The translations under genes were made by a program, and so were the position numbers. DNA of 48,331 nt from a virus. Taxonomy: Duplodnaviria; Caudoviricetes. The notes below the pieces were generated by a model, which did no database searches, was not told where the DNA came from, and worked only from the letters and a program-made list of their open reading frames with translations. Below are positions 6,919 through 15,900 of this stretch, one piece after another (the stretch's first letter is position 1; the number at the start of each line of letters is the position of its first letter). The stretch covers positions 1 to 48,331 of the IMG/VR virus record IMGVR_UViG_3300031683_000008; one strand, given 5' to 3'.

Positions 6919-9692
6919 GCATAAAAACAATTGACAGGCCTATAAAAGGTTCTGCCGGCGTAGCAAAGAAGATAAATAAAGGTGCAGAGAAAATGGTATT
7001 TGACATATTACAGTCAACCCAATATTCTATGCCCATAGCTTCTACTATTAGAGAGTTAGTGACAAATGCGTGTGATTCGCAGAGAGAGAAAGAGATTGCT
7101 TTAGAGATTCTTAAAGGTGAGAAGGTCATGGAAGACTACTACATCGAGAGAGGAGGAGAGCAATACGAAGACAGTAACTTCGATAAAACATACTATGATT
7201 TAGACAAGCTTAACCAAGATACTAATACATCTGTCCTAACATATGAAGAGCATACCGGTACTGGATACTGTGATACTTTCAAGGTTAGAGATAATGGTGT
7301 TGGTATTGGAGGTAGAAGACTTGAAGGGGTCCTTGAATTAGGGTACTCTACCAAGAGAAATACTTCAGAGAACTTTGGAGCGTTTGGTCTAGGAGCTAAG
7401 TCTGCACTATCTACTGGCGTAGATTTCTACACAATAGAAACAGTGCATAATGGGAAGAGGTTTAAGTGTAATTGTTACAATTACAAGACTGATTTCATTA
7501 TACCTGCATTTAATGTGAAGGAAGGTAAGCCTAACCCGCACATTATCCTAACAACAGGGGATAAGGTCTACTATGAGGAGACTTCTGAGCTAAACTATAC
7601 CGAAGTAAGCTTTGGTACTAAAAGGCACAACAGAAGCAAGTTTAGAGAGGCTATTGAAGAGCAGTTAAGTTACATAGACAATGTAGAATTCTTCATAGAG
7701 GATCACGAAGAGGAAGAAGTATACTCTAGACAGGTTCACTTTAAGGCTAACGTTGTTTACAACACTGATAACTTGATAATCTCTGACTACTCAACTTATA
7801 GTAAACCTCACATCGTGGTGGTTAAGAATAAGGCTGCAGTTACAGGTATCAACTATGGTTATGTAGACTTTAGAGAGTTAGAGATGGAGCAATTGTATGG
7901 TCCTATAGCTTTCAAATGTCCTATCAGACAAGTTGTTATGGATGACTATGGTATAGAGACTGTGCTGCAAGAAGGTGTAGATGTTACCCCATCGAGAGAG
8001 AAGGTGATATGGAATGAGACTACTAAGAGATATGTAGAAGGTGTTATCAAGTCAGCGTCTGACGAAGCAACAGAGTTGGTTCAGAAGGAGCTGAATGAGA
8101 CAGATTTCTTAGCATGGATCCTTAAGTGTCGTTCTGTTATTGCTGGTAGTACTGAGGATCCTATCCTTGAGAAGCTAGGTCGTATTATAGATAAGTCTAT
8201 GATAAAGCCTACATTCCCTGGGGATAAGAGAATCAGATACCACATACCATCTAGATTATTTGAAGGCTTTAAACTTACAAAGCTATCATACAAATCTTCT
8301 AACGGTAAAGGTGAAGTGTCTAGACATGAGCTTATGGGTTGGGATGGATTTGATGCTAAGCATGTATATTTTAAGGACGAAGTTCCTTTCAGTAGACTTA
8401 CAGATGCTTTCATCATGAATGTTACGGACACATGGAATCATAATTCTGTGGTGGTTTTAACTAAGGATGATGTTGATGCAAAGTTCTTACCTAAGATCTC
8501 TGGTGCAACTGGTACAGCTAAAGCCGCTTTACAGAAAGAGCATAACAGAGTTAAAGCTAAGCATGCAGCAGTTATGGTGCAACTTACTAAGTCTGCAATG
8601 TATCACTCTTATGATGAGGTTGAAGTTCCTGAAGATTGGGAAGTTGAGTTCAAACAAGTTGAAGTAGCAGCTACAAACTATTCTGTTAACAGTGGATTAA
8701 GCCCTGCCGAGCGTAGAGAGGTCAACAAAACGATAGTAGCCTACACTTTAAGAGAGGATGACCGTCGTAATGATGACAAGAACTATACTTGGGATAAAGT
8801 TGAGCCTAAGCTTAAGGATCTTATGGTCACAGACAATAGGATCTATTATGGTACTAAGGCTGATGAAGAGGAGTTGCACATTGCAGCTGAGCTTCTTCGT
8901 GATATGGCTCCTACACACAGTGGTGTGTATCCATCTTCTAACCATGCTAGTTGGTCAGACCATGCTAAAGAGCCTATATATTTCTATGACTCTGCAGCTA
9001 CTAGGTTCACTCATAGATCTGGCGAAAATGCAGGAAAACCTTGGACTACATACCAAAATATGGTATCGGACACTTGGGACACCCCACAGCTGTTACGTAT
9101 AAGTGAGGACAAAGTTAAGCTGATGAAGAAAGGTATTAACTGTAAACACATATCAGAATTCTTTCTTCAATCAACCCCTAACAATGGATTCACTATGGAC
9201 GACTCATTAATATCATGGTATACCGCTTCCAAATTGGAAGATATAAAAGATTACGACTTCTTACACGGTATGAAAGCACTTCATCCTGAACTTAAAGAGG
9301 TGTATGACAGACTTAGAGCACGTAAAGATGATACGTATTCTACCTTCAGGTTCGAGAGAATCAGAAAAACAGCAGTGATGACTACTGTAGAGAAAGTGTT
9401 TCAATTCCAGGAGTATTGCGAGTCCATAAAAGATGTGGATGATAAAGCAGCTCTGATAGAAGCCAAGAGTGCAGAGCTATTCATACTGTCCGATGTAGGA
9501 GAGAGTGTAGCTGTAAATATGAAGGAAATAGCTGAGTATGGAAACTTGAGAGAGTTTGCAGATGAAGTTAAACCTCTACTATCTTATATAGAACGTCTAA
9601 CTCAATATGAAGAGATGACTCCTGAATTAGAAAAGGAAATCCTCATCTACTTGAAGGCGAAAGATAGAGATACTTGGGAAACATTAGCGTAA
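6915..9692 (+). CDS. rIIA: RIIA-like protein with GHKL (HATPase_c) ATPase domain
   Basis: IRELVTNACDS, DNGVG, GYSTKR, GAFGLGAKS, VTPSRE; followed by an rIIB-like gene. Confidence 0.85.
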   Translation: MSIKTIDRPIKGSAGVAKKINKGAEKMVFDILQSTQYSMPIASTIRELVTNACDSQREKEIALEILKGEKVMEDYYIERGGEQYEDSNFDKTYYDLDKLNQDTNTSVLTYEEHTGTGYCDTFKVRDNGVGIGGRRLEGVLELGYSTKRNTSENFGAFGLGAKSALSTGVDFYTIETVHNGKRFKCNCYNYKTDFIIPAFNVKEGKPNPHIILTTGDKVYYEETSELNYTEVSFGTKRHNRSKFREAIEEQLSYIDNVEFFIEDHEEEEVYSRQVHFKANVVYNTDNLIISDYSTYSKPHIVVVKNKAAVTGINYGYVDFRELEMEQLYGPIAFKCPIRQVVMDDYGIETVLQEGVDVTPSREKVIWNETTKRYVEGVIKSASDEATELVQKELNETDFLAWILKCRSVIAGSTEDPILEKLGRIIDKSMIKPTFPGDKRIRYHIPSRLFEGFKLTKLSYKSSNGKGEVSRHELMGWDGFDAKHVYFKDEVPFSRLTDAFIMNVTDTWNHNSVVVLTKDDVDAKFLPKISGATGTAKAALQKEHNRVKAKHAAVMVQLTKSAMYHSYDEVEVPEDWEVEFKQVEVAATNYSVNSGLSPAERREVNKTIVAYTLREDDRRNDDKNYTWDKVEPKLKDLMVTDNRIYYGTKADEEELHIAAELLRDMAPTHSGVYPSSNHASWSDHAKEPIYFYDSAATRFTHRSGENAGKPWTTYQNMVSDTWDTPQLLRISEDKVKLMKKGINCKHISEFFLQSTPNNGFTMDDSLISWYTASKLEDIKDYDFLHGMKALHPELKEVYDRLRARKDDTYSTFRFERIRKTAVMTTVEKVFQFQEYCESIKDVDDKAALIEAKSAELFILSDVGESVAVNMKEIAEYGNLREFADEVKPLLSYIERLTQYEEMTPELEKEILIYLKAKDRDTWETLA

Positions 9693-9717
9693 ATCGTTTA
9701 AAATTAGTAAATTAGCA
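9684..9717 (+). promoter_or_regulatory. Candidate Bacteroidota-type promoter for rIIB
   Basis: TAAATTAG(CA) at 9708-9715 (one mismatch to TAnnTTTG) with TTAG 20 nt upstream. Confidence 0.35.
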
Positions 9718-9737
9718 ATCAATTAATACCAATAACT

Positions 9738-10907
9738 ATGATCACAATTAACGTAATTGAAGGAAAAATCTGCGGTTCTTATGGGGATACCCCATTCGCA
9801 GTAACATACTCAGAAGACTTGTATGTTGACATGATGGACTTATCTGTTCAAATGGAAGGAGTAGAAACTATGGAGGAGTATAACGCTCTTCTAGAGGAAT
9901 TCAAACCCCTTACAGTAGTGGATTACTCTTCTACAATTGAGAGTGAATGTCCAAATGTACACGTAAATCCTGCTACAGGAGAGTTCTTCTTGAAGAATGA
10001 AGGTGTTGTATCATCGATCCCTATGCCTAAGGCATTAGTGGATAGATTGTATGACTCTATGGATAAGGGAATCTCTACGGAGCCCCTTATCAAGATGTGG
10101 ACTAGATGGTTGAGAAACCCTGTTCTAGCTAAGAAGTCTAAGGATGAGAGAGGAGTAGAATTCTCTAGTAAGTTCTTTAACTTTGTGAATATGATGTATG
10201 TTCACCCAACTCTAAAGAACCAGTTAATGGAAGAGGAAGGTTTATCGGAGAGTATTGCAGAAGAAAGAGCTACTATGTACCAAATGAAGATTACTCGTGA
10301 AGGGTTATTGAATGGGTACAAGGTCTCTTCAGAAGTTATGCACAAGTATGACATGGAATCCGGAGAAACAGTAGATCGCTATGCTAGAACATTCGATCCT
10401 AATACAGGAGAGATTAGTGGCGACGGTTTACCAGAGAAGGTAGAAGACAGACTATTTCAACCCGGTATTATGGGAACAAGTGGTGATGCATTCTACTGTG
10501 AGGGAGACAATGGATTTACTTCTCCAGGACACTTCATCAAGGTAGGTTGTACTCATAGATTAGCTAGTTGGGACCAAGTAAACACAGATGACAATATCTC
10601 ATGTGTTAAAGGTCTTCACTTTGGTGGTCTTAAGTATATCGCGTACTACTCAGGAGAGATCCACAACATCTTTGTAGACCCTATGCATATTGGAGCAATT
10701 CCATGTGATGTAGACGGAGCTATTAGATGTAAGCAGTATTTCGTACATTCTTCTTTATCAGGAGTAAATGGATCGATTTACCACAGTTCTACGTATGCTG
10801 AACAAACAGATGCAGAATGGAACATAATGAGAGCTGAAGCTGTTCTTGTTAAACTACAAAACAAAGCTTCTATTGACAAGGAAGTTGCGGAGCTTAATGC
10901 TTTGTAG
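9738..10907 (+). CDS. rIIB: RIIB-like protein
   Basis: IT.EG...GYKV, VNTDDNISCVKGLHFG and V.P..I..IP motifs; adjacent to rIIA. Confidence 0.85.
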   Translation: MITINVIEGKICGSYGDTPFAVTYSEDLYVDMMDLSVQMEGVETMEEYNALLEEFKPLTVVDYSSTIESECPNVHVNPATGEFFLKNEGVVSSIPMPKALVDRLYDSMDKGISTEPLIKMWTRWLRNPVLAKKSKDERGVEFSSKFFNFVNMMYVHPTLKNQLMEEEGLSESIAEERATMYQMKITREGLLNGYKVSSEVMHKYDMESGETVDRYARTFDPNTGEISGDGLPEKVEDRLFQPGIMGTSGDAFYCEGDNGFTSPGHFIKVGCTHRLASWDQVNTDDNISCVKGLHFGGLKYIAYYSGEIHNIFVDPMHIGAIPCDVDGAIRCKQYFVHSSLSGVNGSIYHSSTYAEQTDAEWNIMRAEAVLVKLQNKASIDKEVAELNAL

Positions 10908-10930
10908 TTGTTTGGTGGTTAATTGATAAG

Positions 10931-10956
10931 AGGGGAGGAGAAATTCTCCCCTTTTT
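10931..10956 (+). terminator. Rho-independent terminator
   Basis: AGGGGAGGA-GAAA-TTCTCCCCT stem-loop followed by Ts. Confidence 0.8.
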
Positions 10957-10982
10957 ATGTTTAAAATTTAAATTGTTGTAAG

Positions 10983-11744
10983 ATGGAGACTAAAAAAACG
11001 GTCCTAATAGACGGAGACAGCTTGATTTATTTCGAGATGGGGAAGGATACTTTAGAAGAAGGCATAGCTGGCCTTGATGATAGATTGAATACTATTCTAG
11101 ATAAGTGCGGTACTAATAAGTACGCAGGCTTTCTGACTAGTGGGAGATGTTTCAGATATAAAACAGCGAAGACGAGAGAATACAAAGGAAACCGAAAAAA
11201 ATCCAACAAACCAATAATATTTTACGCTTTAAAAGCATATTTAGAACAGACTTGGAACTTTACATACACAACAGAGCTTGAAGCTGATGACCTTGTATCG
11301 ATGTATCATAAACATGATGGATCTACAGTTATAGCTAGCCCTGATAAGGATGTACTGTATCAGAATCCTGGTACTCATTTCAACTTTAGATCAGCTGAAA
11401 TGGTTAAAGTATCAGCTCCTGAGGCTATAACGTTCTTATGGAAGCAAACCCTTATGGGTGATCCAACCGACGGAATCCCTGGGATACCTAAGGTAGGCGA
11501 TAAGACAGCTGAAAAGTGGCTCGCAGATGTACCAATTCCTGATATGCCTGCATTTGTTTTAAATAAATATATAGAAAGATTTGGTATACAAGATGGAATT
11601 CTTAAATTTACAGAGACTTTTAACCTTGTATACATGTTAAAGACATCTGAAGAATCAGAAAGAATTGCAGGTGTACCACTGCCGGAATTAGTTACTTATG
11701 AAGTAGGTGCACCGGCTATTAAATCTGAAGAAATATGGCCGTAA
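10983..11744 (+). CDS. 5'-3' exonuclease / RNase H (FEN family, T7 gp6-like)
   Basis: LIDGD, YKGNR, LEADD, DKD, GDPTDGIPGIPKVG (H3TH). Confidence 0.9.
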   Translation: METKKTVLIDGDSLIYFEMGKDTLEEGIAGLDDRLNTILDKCGTNKYAGFLTSGRCFRYKTAKTREYKGNRKKSNKPIIFYALKAYLEQTWNFTYTTELEADDLVSMYHKHDGSTVIASPDKDVLYQNPGTHFNFRSAEMVKVSAPEAITFLWKQTLMGDPTDGIPGIPKVGDKTAEKWLADVPIPDMPAFVLNKYIERFGIQDGILKFTETFNLVYMLKTSEESERIAGVPLPELVTYEVGAPAIKSEEIWP

Positions 11745-12496
11745 AATGTTCAAATCTAATCTACACTCCAAAGACAGCGCTATCATTTAGCATTGCGGGA
11801 GGAACAAGAGACTTAACACCACACACAGTGGATGGGAAAATACTTTCCCTTGAAGGACCTGATGGATTTATAATCCACACAGGGCTAACCCTTGAAGTTA
11901 AGAAAACTTTGTATAAAATAAACTTTATAGAAGGGCAGGAGATCAATGGTAGAATAATCTACACATTATCTACTGCAAAGCCTACCAAGGCATCCTTATT
12001 CGTAACCCCAATGATGGGGGATAAGTGTGAGGACTTCTTTTGGGATAGATTATTTATGAACTGTTTTATAGCCACAGACACGGACTATTGTTGTATAGCC
12101 TTACTATTTAGATGGTCTGGCGATCCTTTATTCTTGAAGTTTGAAGGGGAACTTTCAAAGAGAAAGAATTTCAAGAGGACATACGACCCTAGTACTAACA
12201 CAGTTATGTTCGTATTCGATGTTGAAGATAGACACGCTAAAGATTATGACCGCTTTACTAGAGGTAAATATTCAGAAATTAGTAGTGGGTATAAGAGGCA
12301 TATGTTGGACTTCCATGGTATGAAGAAAGACAGTGAACTAGGACAGATACTATTTAAAGCCCCGGAGAGAAGAGACAGCCTAAGCGCCTTACTTGGTGTG
12401 AAGCTTGACTCCTCTTCAGAGCTTTTAAGTGTTATCAACGAGGATGATGAGACTTTTGATGAAGATTTCTATAAATGTAAAAAACAATTACGATGA
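11735..12496 (+). CDS. Hypothetical protein
   Basis: 253-aa ORF overlapping both neighbours; no motif recognised. Confidence 0.75.
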   Translation: MAVKCSNLIYTPKTALSFSIAGGTRDLTPHTVDGKILSLEGPDGFIIHTGLTLEVKKTLYKINFIEGQEINGRIIYTLSTAKPTKASLFVTPMMGDKCEDFFWDRLFMNCFIATDTDYCCIALLFRWSGDPLFLKFEGELSKRKNFKRTYDPSTNTVMFVFDVEDRHAKDYDRFTRGKYSEISSGYKRHMLDFHGMKKDSELGQILFKAPERRDSLSALLGVKLDSSSELLSVINEDDETFDEDFYKCKKQLR

Positions 12497-12936
12497 GTGA
12501 GCAAGAGAAGTACGAGTTCGACTATGTAAACAAACATAGTCAGGACATGAAAGCATTATTAAAGGCACTGTCCCTTAATAATATTCTAGAAGACATCAAC
12601 GATGTTATGCCTGGAAGCGATATGGATATGGATTCAGAACGCGCGGATAGATATAACCAAGGAAAGATGGCATGGGAACTAATAGACTTTGAGTCTTTAG
12701 AACCTATGGTTGAAGTCTTGATGTTTGGTGCTGAAAAGTACGCTCCTAACAATTGGAAGAAGGGTCAACCTACTTCTGAACTGTTGGGGAGTGCTATGCG
12801 CCACATTGTAGCTTACCAAGCTGGTGAGGACATAGATCCTGATAGTGGAAAGCCCCATTTAGGACATATTATGTGTAACATGATGTTCTTGGTGTTCAAC
12901 AACAGGTATCGTCAAGATCTAGATGATAGAAATTAA
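12493..12936 (+). CDS. dATP/dGTP diphosphohydrolase domain protein (DUF5664)
   Basis: GAEKYAPNNWKKG, SAMRH, GEDIDPDSGKPHLGH motifs. Confidence 0.85.
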   Translation: MSEQEKYEFDYVNKHSQDMKALLKALSLNNILEDINDVMPGSDMDMDSERADRYNQGKMAWELIDFESLEPMVEVLMFGAEKYAPNNWKKGQPTSELLGSAMRHIVAYQAGEDIDPDSGKPHLGHIMCNMMFLVFNNRYRQDLDDRN

Positions 12937-12963
12937 AAAAAGGGGCCTATGTGCCCCCTTTTT
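12935..12963. terminator. Bidirectional terminator between the convergent arms
   Basis: A7-GGGGC-CTATGT-GCCCC-C-T5. Confidence 0.8.
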
Positions 12964-12979
12964 ATGTTGTGTTGCTTTA

Positions 12980-15900
12980 TTATCTATGGTTTTTGTGCTG
13001 AGGATATATCTCAAGAGTTTTAACGAATCCACCTAAACCTGGTGCGAACTTCCAAGCATAGAACCAAGCCTCTGCTCTATCAGTTTCAACCCCTTGCTTA
13101 CCAGTTACTCTATCCCAAAACTCATCCATAGAGTTGTTTATCAACTTTATACCATCTTGAGCTAAACCTAGTAAAGGAATACCTGTAGACCTAGGTCCTG
13201 TTAATTCAGTTAGATCCCAGAATACTGCAGTCTCTCTATATACACGTCCAAATACATTGTGAATCTTACGACCCAACCATGATTGGTTAATATCTATCTT
13301 ACCGTCGTCATCCCAGTCTCCTCCCATTGCCATAAGAGTTAGCATTAACAATGCAACTGCCCTGAGCTCTGCGATCGACCCCTTAAGATTTCCACGTTTC
13401 AACTCCAAGAACTTTTGGAATGACGCTTCTTCTTCTTCCTTTGTCTTAAATGCGAATTCTTCGTTCATAGTTTGATCCACCATGAAGTTCTTAAACTCAC
13501 GTCTAGCTTTACCTTCTTTTATTTTATGCGCGTTGGTAAGACCAAAGGTCCCAATATCCAACGCTATCTTACCTGCATCTACAAGTATAGCGCCTGCATA
13601 CTCATGCAAAGCCCATTCAGCTGTAATAGCCTGACCTAAACTATCAAACATCTCATCAGGACCGAAGTTCCCAAAGAAACCTCTCATTGTTCCTTGATCA
13701 AAGTGCTCTAAAGTATGGTCATATCTAAGCATACCAAATCTCTCTAATGCTAAACCTGGCAACCAAGATCTATAGTGTAGGAAGAACCTGTTTATTATGG
13801 TCATCCCTGCAGTGTTTATAGACTCTGGGGATGCACTACCTTTTACTTTCGTACTCATTGTAGCCATACGAGCTCTAAAGTTGTTGAAAGCGTTTGCCTC
13901 CATCCCCGGTATCTTAACAGCGTATCTATCTGTTACCCCAAAAACAGCGTCTTTATTCTCTGTTAGCTCCATACTATCGTACATTGACAAGGTACCCTTA
14001 GGGAGCTCGTTCATACGCTTTAAATTACCATTCGCATCTACACCATGGTTTTTGGACATAGCCACGGCTAAGACAGTATCTACCACCTTATCCGCTTGTG
14101 CTAAGAATTCAAACCATCTATCACCTGTTAAGTATTTAGCCCTAACAGTAGATGCCAGCATTTCTCCCCTTCTCTTGGATTCATCCAACACAGCAAGTTG
14201 GAAATGCTCCATAATTGCTCTTACTTTTGGGTCTCTAGCTATCAAAGCTAGTTCTGCCTCTCGAACATTGGTGGTTGTTATGTGGATACCCTTTTTACCT
14301 TGGATATTTACCCCTACAATACCTGCACCTAACGCACCTAACGCTACGGGCATCTTAAGTCCTAAAGCTGCCACAGAGTGGAAGGCTTTTAGAGCTAGCA
14401 TGGATTTATTGAAACTTATACCGCTCTCAGTTACACTGTCCTTAGTTTTAAGGCTTATGCCATATATAGCTTTGTCAACTAAATCAGTGAAACTCTCTGC
14501 ATTAGCTTGTCCTGCATTAAATACAGTCTTAACTCTCTGATGTCCCTGCGATATAGTATTACCTCTATCGTCTTCTAGAACTGAATCGATCATGTTATCC
14601 TTAAGTATAGCCTCTATAAGTAGCATCTCATCTTGTACTTCATGCTTAAGCTCGTACTGGATTGCAGCCTGGCCAAGTAAGTAAAGTGATCTACCTAATT
14701 CATTAGACCTAAGAGATCTATCAATAACCTCATTACCTTCTGCATCTTCGGACATTAGTTCCGCCGTGTACAATCTTGGTACATGTCTTATACCTGAACC
14801 ATCTGTATCGGCCTTAGCAAATTCAAGCTCATGCTCTCTAGTTTTAAATACATTTATAGCACTCTTAGATAGTGTGCTAAAAGGGTTACCATCCTCAATT
14901 ACAGAGTCTACTAACGATTTATGTACATTACCTATGAACGTATGACCTAAATTCTTACCAAACCTCTTCTCAAATTCATGTACCTTCTTAACGTGGAAGT
15001 CATAGAATTGCTTTAGCTCCGGTGTATTAGCTATCTCCGAATACTCTGGAGTTATATACCCTCTGGTAGCCTCTTCGTTAATCTTTGTGAAGTAAGTCCC
15101 ACCAGGTCCAACCCAAGCTTTATCCGAATTTTTAACGTCGTACTTCTCTAGCCAAGACTTCTTAGCTGATGCCGCTGCCTCAGGTGCATTTGGATACTCT
15201 TTATCTATCATGTTGAATGTAGACTTCTTCCAGTTAGAAAACTCTTTCTGGTAATACTCTTCATCTACTTGATAGTTAGCCTTCATCCATGCGTGATTAC
15301 CTTCAGATATAGCTGCTTTCTTGTCCTTATAGAACTCATGCGAAAACTTAGCATATAAATTATGTGTCAATGGATTGATAAGCTTAGCGTATCCCTCTTG
15401 TATTGTCATGGATCCGGACTCTAATGCATCCATAGCTGCTTTAATCTCTCCTGCCAACGCTTTTTCAAACTCTAAGGCCTTCCCATTAATAACAACCATA
15501 GTCTCATGCATATATCTACTGTAAGCAGATGAATGTGAGGATATGTTAACATACGAGTTTAAAGCAGACATCTGTCTGTTATACTTAAAACTCTTAATAC
15601 CCATAGCTCTAGCCTTGGTATCCATCCTATTTACGATGGCATCTTGAAGACTCTTGATTGTAGTTACTATGTTCCCAGTAGACGAGTTCAGTGACTCTAA
15701 AAGCGCTTTACTTTTAGGGCTCTTTGCTAGCGTCTCTCGTACTCTTTCCAACTCAGTAAATCCACGGAAGTGGACTAATTCCTTATATATAGTTAAAAGC
15801 TCTTTCTCTGATAAGTACTTAGGATTGAATTCTTCTTCACCTTTAACTGTGATGAACTCATCCTCTACACCCATACCCAAATTGGCTCTTTTTACCAGAC

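Noticed and set aside
13797-14540. 247-aa + strand ORF and the many other antisense ORFs in the track
   Set aside because: They lie wholly opposite long, well-supported genes, have Ser/Leu-rich shadow composition and show no motifs.
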